64,000 bases of DNA from Eledone cirrhosa (Eukaryota). The notes under the pieces are model-generated. The model did not search any database. It was not told where the DNA came from and saw nothing but the letters and a program-made list of their open reading frames with translations. The position numbers were made by a program, and so were the translations under genes. Below, piece after piece: positions 41,626 to 55,582 of this stretch. Numbering within the stretch: the stretch's first letter is position 1; each line of letters starts with the position of its first letter. The stretch lies in NCBI GenBank assembly GCA_964016885.1, contig OZ024757.1, positions 42,408,001-42,472,000 of the forward strand. Reading direction: 5' to 3'.

Positions 41626-42216
41626 ATATATATATCCATCTCTATCTCTATTTGGCTATTAGTGTAAGTATGTGTGCGCGTCTGTATGTGTTTGTTTGTA
41701 TAGGTGCGTGAGAGAGAGAGAGAGAGTGTGTATATGTGTGGGAGAGAGTGTGTGTATATGTGTAGAGTATGTGTGTATGTGTGGGAGTGTATGTGGGAGA
41801 GAGAAACTTTGTACGTTTGTGTGTATGTGTGTGTGTGAGAGAAACTGTGTGTGTGTGTGTCTGTATCTGTGTGTGTGGTAAAGAGAGAGGGTATATGTGT
41901 GGATGAGAGAGAGAGCCTGTGTATGTGTGTGTGTGCTTCTGCAGATGTGTGTGAGAGAGATGCTCTAACAATTGTGTTAACCCATTGCCCTGGACTGGTC
42001 CTTTATCGACCCCGAAAGGATGAAATGTAAAACTGACTTAGGCAGGATTTGATCTCAGAGTTGAGAGAAATGAAACTAGAATGTTGAAATAACTCTGATA
42101 GTTTAGAACTGTTAACATATCATGTCAGTAATATACAGCTATATATATATGTGTATATATATATGCGTGTGAATGGGAGTGTGTGTATATATACATGTCT
42201 GTGTGTGTATGTGTGT

Positions 42217-42244
<28 letters not shown>

Positions 42245-42247
<3 letters not shown>

Positions 42248-42439
42248 GGAACGAGTAGGACCCCGACGGCTGAGCTCAAGCTGCCTCGACGGCTAATTCT
42301 GCGTCCAGAATTAACCGTCGAGGCGGCTTGAGCTCAGCCGTCGGGGTCCTACTCGTTGCTATTACCCACTCTACTACCCTAAGTATTGAGTACTTTGGTG
42401 CGTTATGGTCCACTTGGTTCCTTACCACATTTCCTTCGT

Positions 42440-42442
<3 letters not shown>
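42245..42442 (+). mobile_element. GC-rich fold-back family, copy 3
   Basis: Divergent arms that remain mutually complementary, plus the family tail. Confidence 0.8.
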
Positions 42443-42477
<35 letters not shown>

Positions 42478-42910
42478 AGTGTATGTGTGCGTGTGTGTAT
42501 ATACAGATGTGTTGTGTCTGTGTACATATATATATATGTGTGTGTGTATATACATGTGTGTATATACATGTGTGTGTGTATGTGCATATGCATGTCTGTG
42601 AGTGAGAGATGTAGAAGGACAAACAGGTGGAGAGAGAGAGAGAGAGAAACTGACAGAATTTAACGATTCCATCCAATATAATTCACAACTTGATATATCT
42701 TGTGTCAATCAGGAAAAGTACTTATATAAAAACAGATATAAAAAAAAACAGATATAAAGGACAGATATAAAAAAAAAACAGATATAAAAGGATGTATGTG
42801 TTTATAAATATATATATATATATTGATGATGATATGTATATATATATATGTGGGTATATGAGGGAATTAGATATACATATATATATATTATTAGATATAT
42901 ATATATATAT

Positions 42911-43190
42911 TATTCAAAATGTTAAATGAAAAATATTCACATAATCAAAATATATACTTTATTATATATATTTCAAAGGTACTGTGCTGGGTTTTTTTTC
43001 AGTACGTCCTCATCAGACAAAATATATGATTACAACACAGTACCTTTGATATATAATAAAGTATATATTTTGATTATGCGAATATTTTTCATTTGTTAAC
43101 ATTTTGAATATTAAAAACTCCAGGAAAATTTTACTGTTGAGTGCTTCTAATATATTGTAAAACTGTATTCGTTGAGTAATCAACAAACCA
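42911..43190. mobile_element. Fold-back insert with minus-strand hammerhead (42953-43026)
   Basis: 42911-42986 inverted against 43036-43110; tatattttgt CTGATGA ggacgtactg..cagtaccttt GAAA tatatata ataaagtata. Confidence 0.7.
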
Positions 43191-43253
43191 GAAGAAGAAA
43201 TATTTATGAAGAACAAACAGAATGATTCAAGAGGTAAAGTCAGAAAGCAAAAG

Positions 43254-43285
<32 letters not shown>

Positions 43286-43501
43286 GTCTGTGTGTATGTA
43301 TATATATATATATGTGTGTGTATATATGTGTGTGTGTATATATATATGTGTGTGTGTTTGTATATATATATATAAATATGTGTGTGTGTATATGTATATA
43401 TATATATGTGTGTACGCATAGAGCTTAACTAGCTACCGTCACATATTTGGTAAGTCAGACGTGATCATCGCGATTCACATACGTCCTACCATACATCTTA
43501 C

Positions 43502-43537
<36 letters not shown>

Positions 43538-43643
43538 ATGTTATCAGGTATGTATATATGTCTTTATATATATATATCATCATCATCATTTTACGTCCGC
43601 TCTTCCCTGCTCGTGTGTGTTTATCAGGTATGTATATATGTCT

Positions 43644-43713
<70 letters not shown>

Positions 43714-43750
43714 GTGTGTGTGTTTGTTATCAGGTATGTATATATGTCTT

Positions 43751-43784
<34 letters not shown>

Positions 43785-44469
43785 ATCATCATCATCATCA
43801 TCATCATTTTACATCCGCTTTTCCCTGCTTGCAAGGGTGGGAGGGGTCCTATTCAGCACAGCATCTCTCCACTTGTCTTTATGTATGTATATATATATAT
43901 GATTAGGTATGTATGAAAGTATGTATATGTCTTTATGTATATATATATATATACACACACATATATATATATATCAGTTATATCTTCAGTTTGAGAGACT
44001 AAACTAGTTTTACGTTTAAACTTCTAAAATTACTTTGAAAACACTTGAGTAATGTTGAAATAAAATTCCATAGTCTTCTGCCAACAATTCCAGTTTATTT
44101 TAATTAAACTTTCCACTCAGATTGTTTAACAAGGCTTTTAACACTCTTACTTTATATTTTATATATTAGCTGGTTGTTGTTTATATTCCAGTCTGACTCT
44201 GAGACACAGAGGTCCCATTGAAAAAGGGCGGTGGGGGTAGTGGGAGGGTAGAGGGTGGTGGGGTTAGTGAGGGGAGGGTAAAGGGTGGTGTGGTAGTGAG
44301 GTAGGGGTAGGGGTGGGATGGTGGTGGGGGTGTGGGTGGGGCTGATTTGGTGCAGTGTTAGATTAATAACACAAAAACTAAGATATATATATGTATATAT
44401 ACATATGAAGCATATAGACAATATGCCCCCACCCCCTGTAAACTGGTCATGGAGGTGCCACAGCACAAA

Positions 44470-44660
44470 CGCACCCAGCACTCACTGTAAATTAGGTTGG
44501 TGTTAGGAAGGGCATCCAGCTGTAGAAATCAAGCCAAAATCAGTTCCCATATGAGCAAGACAAGGTCAGCCAACCGGACACTGTCCACAACAGGACAACC
44601 CGTCTAACCCATGTTAGCGTGGAAGAATGGACGTAAAATGGTGATGATGATGATGATGAT
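44470..44660 (+). mobile_element. RTE-type 3' tail module with (GAT)n
   Basis: ggttggtgttaggaagggcatccagctgtagaaa..cccgtctaacccatg..ggacgtaaaatg; similar copy at 61965-62130. Confidence 0.7.
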
Positions 44661-44667
44661 ATATATA

Positions 44668-44699
<32 letters not shown>

Positions 44700-44917
44700 G
44701 AAATTATTGTGTAAAGTGCTCATATATATATTTGTAATAAATGTGTGTATAACTAAAGCTGTGAATTACTTGAATCTAAATACAACCAGTGTGTATAAAT
44801 ATATATAGATAGATAGATATACATATTTTATATATATATATATATATAGAAAGAGAGAGAGAGAGAGAGAAACAGAGAGAGAGAGAGAGAAATATGCACA
44901 TGTATTTATATATCTAT

Positions 44918-44948
<31 letters not shown>

Positions 44949-45219
44949 TATTTGTATACATATTCATATATAAACATACATGTACACATATATAGAGACA
45001 CAGAGGACGTCATATAGTTTTATTACCATAATATAATCCCAAAAGAAGAAGAATATTCTGGTTTTTTGTATTTACATCTCAACACAATAGAAAATACTAT
45101 TGATTCCATTTTGAAAACTTTAAAGGAAATCAATGGCGGAATAAATCCTTGCAGAGATTTTCAGAAATGTTTTTAGATGTGAACCAAGGAAGGAAATACA
45201 CATATGACTTGAGAAGAAA

Positions 45220-45277
<58 letters not shown>

Positions 45278-45284
45278 CCCGGGT

Positions 45285-45940
45285 TCAAGTGGGAGTAACC
45301 ACAGTAAGTAAGGTACTCAATATGATGATTTCTCCCAATTGGGAGAAATCATCATATTGGGATTGGGGTGCGTACGCAGATATTACTGTCACCGTAGTTC
45401 TATTGAGGACAAGTCTTATTTTAATTATTCTGTCGTTCACTCTATTTACGTCTATTATCTTATCTGCCCACTTTTCTGCTACCATGATTCCTACTCCACC
45501 CAGCCCATTGTCATTTCCCACCCAGAAAAGCTTATAGCATCGTTCTTTACCCACAATGAATCTAGCAGACCCTCCTCTCCACCTGGTCTCTTGAATACAG
45601 CAATCATCGACCTCCCTACTTTCAAGCATTTCTACAACCTCGTTAGAGCGACCCTTTAAGGTGCCTACATTCAAGGTACCAACTCTGAAGTTTTGGATTG
45701 TGTTTGGAGGGTGTTATGTTAGCCATCTGCGGCCGAAACAAGGAGGAGGAGTGCTTGCATTCTCGTCCACGAGGTGAATTTGTCTTTATCTTTGGCATTG
45801 TCGCTGAGCGTCCAGATTTTTCTCTCTCTTCAACTCTCCAGAATTCTGTAGTCCATCCATCATATCGAAAGGCAACCAGGTAAGCCATAGTATAGGCCTC
45901 TGGCTTATGATTGGTCCACGTAATAATGGTGGTGCGTGGG
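45285..45940 (-). mobile_element. RTE LINE 5' fragment: AP-endonuclease N-terminus and upstream sequence
   Basis: NVGTLKGRS.EVVEML..CIQETRWRG..GVGIMVAEKW..DRIIKIRL..VISAYAPQ. Confidence 0.85.
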
Positions 45941-46710
45941 GGCAGGAGGGAGGGATGTTAGGTAGTTAGCGAGAAGGTAAGGTTATAAATAAGATCCCCG
46001 TATTTTGGGCATAATTTAACAAGCATAAACAAAAATACAAGATTGTTTTGGAAAATACGACTGTATCGATGAGAAAGACAAAGATTGGAAAAAATGATAG
46101 AGAATGGCGAATGAATGGACTAATGAATTAAAATGGAGAGGAGAATGGAGAGAAAATATTTGTACATTACATTATACCAAGGAGACAGCCATACCAGAAC
46201 AGGGCTTTGATATATATATTTATATATATATATTAGTGAAAGTAGAGGATTGACCATGAGCTAGGGCAGTTTTGGTGAGTTACCTCTTCCAAAATCACCT
46301 GAGCTCGTGGTAGATCCTCTACTTTCAGTAATGTACCAACTCTACATCATAGACCACCACCATCATCATCATCACCATTAACACCATCATCACCACCACC
46401 ACTACCATCAATATCCCCCCCACCCATCACTACCACCACCACCATCATCACCACCATTAACACCGTCACCACCACCACCACTACCTCCAATATCCCCCAC
46501 CCATCACCACCACCACCACCATCACCATCACCATTAACACCGTCACCACCACCACCACTACCACCAATATCCCCCTACCCATCACCACCACCATCACCAT
46601 CACCATCATCATCATCAACAATATCATCATTATGAGGTGGAGAGATGTTAGCAACTGACAGTAAATAATATTAAAGAAGTTTCCAGATTATCAGGAATAT
46701 TGGTCTCCTA

Positions 46711-46769
<59 letters not shown>

Positions 46770-46877
46770 CATATATGCGCTTATATAAATGTGCGTGCGT
46801 ATATATATATATACATATATATATATGTGTGTGTGTACACAGGCATCATCATGTTGGTTACCGATGTATATCAAGGA

Positions 46878-49370
46878 GGTGTAGTGTGGTGTATGGTGGT
46901 GTAGTGTGGTGTATGGTGGTGTAGTGTGGTGTAGTGTGGTGTAGTGTGGTGTAGTGTGGTGTAGTGTGGTGTAGTGTGGTGTAGGGTGGTGTATGGTGGT
47001 GTAGTGTGGTGTAGTGTGGTGTAGTGTGGTGTAGGGTGGTGTATGGTGGTGTAGTGTGGTGTAGTGTGGTGTAGTGTGGTGTAGTGTGGTGTAGGGTGGT
47101 GTAGTGTGGTTTAGTGTGGTGTATGGTGGTGTATGGTGGTGTAGGGTGGTGTAGGGTGGTGTATGGTGGTGTAGTGTGGTGTAGTGTGGTGTAGTGTGGT
47201 GTAGGGTGGTGTAGTGTGGTGTAGTGTGGTGTAGTGTGGTGTATGGTGGTGTAGTGTGGTGTATGGTGGTGTAGTGTGGTGTAGGGTGGTGTATGGTGGT
47301 GTAGTGTGGTGTAGTGTGGTGTAGTGTGGTGTAGGGTGGTGTATGGTGGTGTAGTGTGGTGTAGTGTGGTGTAGTGTGGTGTAGTGTGGTGTAGTGTGGT
47401 GTAGGGTGGTGTAGGGTGGTGTAGGGTGGTGTAGTGTGGTGTAGTGTGGTGTAGGGTGGTGTATGGTGGTGTATGGTAGTGTATGGTGGTGTAGTGTGGT
47501 GTAGTGTGGTGTAGTGTGGTGTAGTGTGGTGTAGGGTGGTGTAGTGTGGTTTAGTGTGGTGTATGGTGGTGTATGGTGGTGTAGGGTGGTGTAGGGTGGT
47601 GTATGGTGGTGTAGTGTGGTGTAGTGTGGTGTAGTGTGGTGTAGGGTGGTGTAGTGTGGTGTAGTGTGGTGTAGTGTGGTGTATGGTGGTGTAGTGTGGT
47701 GTATGGTGGTGTAGTGTGGTGTAGGGTGGTGTATGGTGGTGTAGTGTGGTGTAGTGTGGTGTAGTGTTGTGTAGGGTGGTGTATGGTGGTGTAGTGTGGT
47801 GTAGTGTGGTGTAGTGTGGTGTAGTGTGGTGTAGTGTGGTGTAGGGTGGTGTAGGGTGGTGTAGGGTGGTGTAGTGTGGTGTAGTGTGGTGTAGGGTGGT
47901 GTATGGTGGTGTATGGTAGTGTATGGTGGTGTAGTGTGGTGTAGTGTGGTGTATGGTGGTGTAGTGTCGTGTAGTGTGGTGTAGTGTGGTGTAGTGTGGT
48001 GTAGTGTGGTGTAGGGTGGTGTATGGTAGTGTATGGTGGTGTAGTGTGGTGTAGTGTGGTGTATGGTGGTGTAGTGTCGTGTAGTGTGGTGTAGTGTGGT
48101 GTAGTGTGGTGTAGTGTGGTGTAGGGTGGTGTATGGTGGTGTAGTGTCGTGTAGTGTGGTGTAGTGTGGTGTATGGTGGTGTATGGTGGTGTAGTGTGGT
48201 GTAGGGTGGTGTATGGTGGTGTAGTGTGGTGTAGTGTGGTGTAGTGTGGTGTAGGGTGGTGTAGTGTGGTGTAGTGTGGTGTAGGGTGGTGTAGTGTGGT
48301 GTATGGTGGTGTATGGTGGTGTAGTGTGGTGTAGTGTGGTGTATGGTGGTGTAGTGTAGTGTAGTGTGGTGTAGGGTGGTGTAGTGTGGGGTAGTGTGGT
48401 GTAGTGTGGTGTAGGGTTGTGTATGGTGGTGTAGTGTGGTGTAGTGTGGTGTAGGGTGGTGTATGGTGGTGTAGGGTGGTGTAGGGTGGTGTATGGTAGT
48501 GTATGGTGGTGTAGTGTGGTGTAGTGTGGTGTAGTGTGGTGTAGTGTGGTGTAGTGTGGTGTAGGGTGGTGTATGGTGGTGTAGTGTGGTGTAGGGTGGT
48601 GTATGGTGGTGTAGTGTGGTATAGGGTGGTGTATGGTGGTGTAGTGTGGTGTAGGGTGGTGTAGGGTGCTGTATGGTGGTGTAGTGTGGTGTAGTGCGGT
48701 GTAGTGTGGTGTAGGGTGATGTAGTGTGGTGTATGGTGGTGTATGGTGGTGTAGTGTGGTGTAGGGTGGTGTATGGTGGTGTAGTGTGGTGTAGTGTGGT
48801 GTAGTGTGGTGTAGTGTGGTGTATGGTGGTGTAGTGTGGTGTAGGGTGGTGTATGGTGGTGTAGTGTGGTGTAGTGTGGTGTAGTGTGGTCTAGAGTGAT
48901 GTAGTGTGGTGTATGGTGGTGTAGTGTGGTGTATGGTGGTGTATGGTGGTGTAGTGTGGTGTAGTGTGGTGTAGGGTGATGTATGGTGGTGTAGGGTGGT
49001 GTAGTGTTATGTAGTGTGGTGTAGTGTGGTGTAGTGTGGTGTAGTGTGGTCTAGAGTGATGTAGTGTGGTGTATGGTGGTGTAGTGTGGTGTATGGTGGT
49101 GTAGTGTGGTGTAGTGTGGTGTAGTGTGGTGTATGGTGGTGTAGCATGGTGTAGTGTGGTGCATGGTGGTGTAGTGTGGTGTAGCATGGTGTAGGGTGGT
49201 GTAGCATGGTCTAGAGTGGTGTATGGTGGTGTAGGGTGGTGTAGTGTGGAGTAGTGTGGTGTAGCTTGGTGTAGTGTGGTGTAAGATGGTGTAGAGTGGT
49301 ATAGCATAGTCTAGGGTGGGGTAGCATGGTCTAGGGTGGGGTAGCATGGTCTAGAGTGGGGTAGTGTGGT
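46878..49370. repeat. 10-bp phase-locked G-rich minisatellite (~250 units)
   Basis: gtagtgtggt / gtatggtggt / gtagggtggt with no visible indels. Confidence 0.95.
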
Positions 49371-49731
49371 GAGAAAGAGAGAAGAGGGAGAGGAAGGGAG
49401 GAAAGAAACATGGATTTGAGGAGCTGAAGAAATATTGAAGGTTATATCTGCTACACTGACTGACAGATCTGTTCCATACAAGCAACTCCTATTAATGGTT
49501 GTGTTAGAAAGTTACAACAGTAAACACACAAACATCACTTTCCACTAATAACCAGCTCGGAATATTTTTCAATGCCAGAGAAAATCAGCCGAAATCTTGA
49601 GGAATTATTAATACTGAGATATTCTGTCGGCAGGAATTAACGCTCATTTCTATGAATGGTGATTTTTATGTTAAATCCCTGAATATATTCCACAAACTAT
49701 TTGCATATTTTCAGATCTTACTACTTTACTT

Positions 49732-49840
<109 letters not shown>

Positions 49841-49870
49841 CATATACATATATATATACATATGCATATA

Positions 49871-49949
<79 letters not shown>

Positions 49950-50081
49950 ATACATATGCATATATATACATATATATATATACATATATATATATTGGCA
50001 ACATGACCCTCCCAAAGTATAACAATATATATATATATATATATATTATATATTATATATATATTATATATATATATATAT

Positions 50082-50146
<65 letters not shown>

Positions 50147-50167
50147 TATATATTTATATATATATAT

Positions 50168-50516
50168 CTGGTGGTGAATTGTCAGAGCCGTTAGAACATC
50201 AGATAGAATACTTTAAGGTATTCATTCCGGTTCACTGTTCTCTGAGTTCAAATCCCACCGAGGTCAACTTTGCCTTTCATCCTTTCGAGGTCGATAAAAA
50301 AAATACCAGTCAAGTACTGGAGTAGATTCTTCCTCTATATCTCTTTCTCACTTTCCTCTCTCTCACTTTCTATCTTTCTCTAGAAGAAATCTGCTGTACC
50401 CAGGCCTGGAGAGGGATGGGCTCTGCCAAGCTTAAAATGCCCAAGAAACGCTGCATGTCAATACGGCACCCCTACGGCACCCCTACGACTCTATCAGGAG
50501 TTACGGGACCATACCA

Positions 50517-50520
<4 letters not shown>
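50168..50520 (+). mobile_element. tRNA-derived SINE with alternative 3' body (truncated by (TA)n)
   Basis: Head, B box and central domain, then gaagaaatc.gctgta..gcacccct..atcaggagtta shared with 57628-57735. Confidence 0.7.
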
Positions 50521-50557
<37 letters not shown>

Positions 50558-50715
50558 ATGTGGTCTATCTTTCGCAGTAGTTCTATAACTGCTAGAGATC
50601 AGTCAATACATCAATATGATCAACCCTCCGAAACAATCGTAAAACAATGAATGAAATATATAAAATAACTTGTCTTTGTCATCATTGATAAATAAACGAA
50701 TATATATATATAATA

Positions 50716-50896
50716 ATAATTGTTTCTACTTTTGGCACAAGCCCAGCAATTATCCCAGTGCATTACTGGTACTTTATTTTATTGACCCCGTAAGGATGAA
50801 AGGCAATATTAACCTCGGTGGGATTTGAACTCAGAATGGCAAGGGCCGTAACTCTATGCATCAACGCATGGTGTCCGACCCTCTACCAATACTGCC
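50716..50896 (-). mobile_element. tRNA-derived SINE whose 5' head is tandemly amplified
   Basis: Tail, central domain and B box (50821-50832) run directly into the 29-bp array. Confidence 0.8.
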
Positions 50897-51215
50897 ATGG
50901 TGTCCGACCCTCTACCGATACTGCCGTGGTGTCTGACTGTCTACCGCTACTGCCATGGTGTCCGACCCTCTACCGGTACTGCCATGGTGTCTGACACTCT
51001 ACCGATACTGCCATGGTGTCCGACCCTCTACCGATACTGCCATGGTGTCCGACACTCTACCGATACTGCCATGGTGTCCGACACTCTACCGATACTGCCA
51101 TGGTGTCCGACTCTCTACCGATACTGCCATGGTGTCCGACCCTCTACCGATACTGCCATGGTGTCCGACCCTCTACCAATACTGCCATGGTGTCCGACCC
51201 TCTACCGATACTGCT
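50868..51215. repeat. 29-bp minisatellite, 12 copies, derived from the SINE head
   Basis: Unit atggtgtccgaccctctaccgatactgcc; single-copy parent at 38900-38928. Confidence 0.95.
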
Positions 51216-51930
51216 GGAGATAGGTGTTAAATTTTCATTATATTTATTCAGGTGTGACACACGTTTTATGATTGATCAGCTGAAGGTTCGATCTGTATCG
51301 ATCGGGCCCAACTCTGGAATCAAAAGCTCATCAGACTTCTGTTACCTTAAAGACAGAATGATTCCGCTATAGAGTTAAGTATATTATATATCTCTGTTGT
51401 CAGTCATTTATGGCGGTCAATGTTAGTATCGAAAGGGTTAAAATGTTCCTATTGTGGACTTTTACTGTTTTATTTCAATGTGAGAAGTATTTATTATAAA
51501 CATTGGAGGCCAAACTGAAGAACAACGGACTGGTTTATTGCTATTGTTGTTGGTAATTAATTAAAATATGGTGGAAGTTGTAGGAAGAGATGGTTGGGGA
51601 GGTGGAGAGGTGGGGGCAGTAGATGAGGAGAGGGTGAGGGTTGGAGACAGAGGGGATAAGATGGGGAGAGTGGCAGTAGATGGGGGGAGGAGATGGGGGG
51701 GATATGTGGAAGGGAGATGAGAGGGTATGATGTGATGAGGTGTGGAGGGGGTGATGCAGGGGAGAGACAGAGGTAGTGTGTGTGTGTGTGTGGAGGGGTT
51801 GCTTTCATTTGATGTATGGATTGTGTAAAAGAGATCTTTAACATTAATTGAAGACAAAATTGTTGTCTATGAAACTTTGGCAGAAAATCAACCACAATCT
51901 CTCTCTTCTTCTCCTTCCTCTTCTTCTTCT

Positions 51931-51995
<65 letters not shown>

Positions 51996-52454
51996 CTCTT
52001 CTTGCCTCAGTGAAATAAAACCCGATAACAGATGGACGTTACAAAGAATTGGGTGATAAATTGAACCAGTGTTCGTGTTTGTCTTCATTTGGCTTTTGTT
52101 TTCTGTAGGGATATTGGTGTTGTTGTTGTTGGTGTTGTTGTTGTTGTTGGTGGTGTTGTTGTTGTTGTGGTTGCTGTTGTTGGTGTTGTTGTTGTTGGTG
52201 TTGTTGTTGTTGGTGGTGGTGTTGTTATTGTGGTTGTTATTGGTGTTGTTGCGGTTATCATCTACACGTGTGTATATATAGACACACACATACACACACA
52301 CTACACACACAAACACATGCACACAGTCCAAAGACAGACAGACAGATAAATAGACAGACAGAAGAAAGTCATCATAAATTAGTGGATATATGTTTGATAA
52401 TGTTTAATGATTAAAGAAAATTATTGTAATTGATTTAAATGGATGTAAAATAAA

Positions 52455-53300
52455 ATATAGCAATGTCCTGAGTGGTCAAGGTAATATAGTGATGTCCTGA
52501 GTGACAGGAGGTGGTCAAGGTAATATAGTGATGTCCTGAGTGGTCAAGGTAATATAGTGATGGCCAGAGTGGTCAAGGTAATATAGTGATGTCCTGAGTG
52601 GTCAAGGTAATATAGTGATGTCCTGAGTGGTCAAGGTAATATAGTGATGGCCTGAGTGGTCAAGGTAATATAGTGATGTCCTGAGTGGTCAAGGTAATAT
52701 AGTGATGTCCTGAGTGGTCAAGGTAATATAGTGATGTCCTGAGTGGTCAAGGTAATATAGTGATGGCCTGAGTAGTCAAGGTAATATAGTGATGTCCTGA
52801 GTGGTCAAGGTAATATAGTGATGTCCTGAGTGGTCAAGGTAATATAGTGATGTCCTGAGTGGTCAAGGTAATATAGTGATGGCCTGAGTGGTCAAGGTAA
52901 TATAGTGATGTCCTGAGTGGTCAAGGTAATATAGTGATGTCCTGAGTGGTCAAGGTAATATAGTGATGTCCTGAGTGGTCAAGGTAATATAGTGATGGCC
53001 TGAGTAGTCAAGGTAATATAGTGATGTCCTGAGTGGTCAAGGTAATATAGTGATGTCCTGAGTGGTCAAGGTAATATAGTGATGTCCTGAGTGGTCAAGG
53101 TAATATAGTGATGGCCTGAGTGGTCAAGGTAATATAGTGATGTCCTGAGTGGTCAAGGTAATATAGTGATGTCCTGAGTGGTCAAGGTAATATAGTGATG
53201 TCCTGAGTGGTCAAGGTAATATAGTGATGTCCTGAGTGACAGGAGGTGGTCAAGGTAATATAGTGATGGCCGGAGTGACAAGAGGGATTTGGTCAAGGAA
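52455..53300. repeat. 29-bp minisatellite, ~27 copies, 116/232-bp higher-order structure
   Basis: Unit gtcctgagtggtcaaggtaatatagtgat; gatggcctg every 4th unit; agtagtc at 52771 and 53003. Confidence 0.95.
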
Positions 53301-53393
53301 AATCAAAGATTAAAGTATCTTTTACATAAATCGCAGTAATAAAGGAATTATAAACCCTGTCATTTTTGACAGATACTGTGGTAGTACATCTCG

Positions 53394-53482
<89 letters not shown>

Positions 53483-53631
53483 TGTGTGTGTGTGTGTGTG
53501 CGTATGTATGTATATATGTGTGTGCTTGGGAATGAATGTGTAAATGCATATATATATATACAGGGTGCCCCCCAAAAATATATACACAGTTGAGTTATCT
53601 GCTGTTGAAGTATATATACATATATATATAC

Positions 53632-53662
<31 letters not shown>

Positions 53663-53680
53663 CATATATATATATGTGTG

Positions 53681-53705
<25 letters not shown>

Positions 53706-53711
<6 letters not shown>

Positions 53712-53836
53712 TTATACTTTGGGAGGGTCATGTTGCCAATAAGTGTGTTTCTCCCAAAGTATCCCAAAGTATAACAATATCGGTTTCAACACACGATTTC
53801 AGATAAAGAATCTTGCTAAACAAATTCAGAAACGAA
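53706..53836. mobile_element. Small fold-back insert in (TA)n
   Basis: atattgttatactttggg / cccaaagtataacaatat arms plus tail; the same motif stands alone at 19866-19900 and 49992-50028. Confidence 0.65.
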
Positions 53837-53848
53837 ATATATATATAT

Positions 53849-54488
53849 CAGATGTTGTTTACTCGAGAGAAGGCTACGTTGGTATGGACACGTGATGCGC
53901 ATGAAAGTCGATAGCTGTATAACAAAGTGCAGGGCAATAAAGATAGACGGTAGTCACGGAATAGGCAGACCTAGAAAAACCTGGGACGAGCTGATAAACT
54001 CCGACATCACACACTTACACCTCTCCAAGACAATGTCACTGGACCGAGACCTTTGGCGGTACTCAGTAACAGAGAAGACCCGCCTTACCTAAATATATAG
54101 TAAAACCTACTCCAGCCAGTAGGCATCTCTAACAAAATACACCCCGTCCCACCACCACCACCCCCACCCCATCCACACCACCCCGTTCTATGTAAAGTTA
54201 TGTTGGTGCCGCGCCATCCAGGCCGAAACAAATGAGATCGTGTAGGTGTCACGACAAAAAAAACGCACAGTCCACGCTGTAATGTGGCCGTGTAGGCAAC
54301 ACGGTAAAAACCTCCCAGACCCACACTGTAAATGTGGTTGGTGTTAGGAAGGGCATCCAACTGTAGAAAACCTGCCAGACAGTCCTATGCGAGCAAGACA
54401 ATCACTCTTGCCTCAAGTGGGACTACCCCCGTCCAAACCCATGCAAGCGTGGAACACGGACGTTAAACGTTGATGATGATGATGATGA

Positions 54489-54490
<2 letters not shown>
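53849..54490 (+). mobile_element. RTE LINE 3' end, 5'-truncated
   Basis: RRLRWYGHVMRM..GRPRKTW..DRDLWR; UTR and (GAT)n shared with 56130-56735. Confidence 0.9.
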
Positions 54491-54566
<76 letters not shown>

Positions 54567-54599
54567 GATGATGATGTATATATACATACATATATATAC

Positions 54600-54630
<31 letters not shown>

Positions 54631-54874
54631 CATCATCATCATCATCATATATATAATGTTGGACTGCAGGAATTTATTTGATTGGAAGAAATTAGCAGAA
54701 CTAACAATAAGCTGTTGTATTGATTCTCAAATATGTCAGTCACACATGTTTGGAGAGAAAACATTCTCCCATACAACAACTACTATCTATATAACAACTA
54801 AAACATATACATACATATATATGTGTATGTGTGTGTGTGTAAGTGTACATATCTATATATATATATATATGCAG

Positions 54875-55154
54875 AGGTTATATTTAATTTGTTGGGATTC
54901 AACAAGCTTAAACATTTTTATAACTGATATAAAGCACTCAACAAGTTAGTAAATACACAATATATTAATAAATGAAACTATCTAGGAAGCTCCAACCGTT
55001 AAGGTTGTCTTTTTTTCTGGGTATGTCAATATTTATTTATAAAACAAATCTGTATTTTATCTGATGAAAGCGCACCATAATTTGGCTTGGTTGCCCTTGA
55101 AATATGTATAATAAAATATATGGTTTTATAAATATAGTTTCCATTTATTAATAT

Positions 55155-55162
<8 letters not shown>
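54875..55162. mobile_element. Fold-back insert with plus-strand hammerhead (55052-55119); tail on the left in minus orientation
   Basis: gtattttat CTGATGA..GAAA tatgtata ataaaatat; ~54955-54981 inverted against ~55134-55161. Confidence 0.7.
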
Positions 55163-55197
<35 letters not shown>

Positions 55198-55582
55198 TGC
55201 TAGCATGGAAAAGGGAGGGAATGGGGTGGTCACAGATGTGCAAATGGTGGAGATGGGGATGCTGTGGGGAAGTTGAGGTGAATTATTTGCCCACCCTGTT
55301 CATTAGACCATTCTCTCACGTGTGTGTCTGTATGTCTGTGAGTGTGTGCGTGTGTATGCATGTGTATATATATAGATGTCTGTATGTGTGTGTGCATGCA
55401 TATATATATATATATATGTGTGTGGGTGTGTCTGTGAGTGTGTGTATGTGTGTGTGTCTGAGTATATATGTGTCTGTATGTATGTGTGTGTGTATATATA
55501 TATATGTGTGTGTCTGTATGTATGTATGTGTGTGTGTATATATATATGTATATATGTGTCTGTATGTATGTATGTGTGTGTG

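Noticed and set aside
46878-49370. Telomeric repeat
   Set aside because: Unit is not TTAGGG and the array is internal.
51215-51441. Possible piggyBac-like end (atcgaaagggTTAA)
   Set aside because: No matching opposite terminus found in the window.
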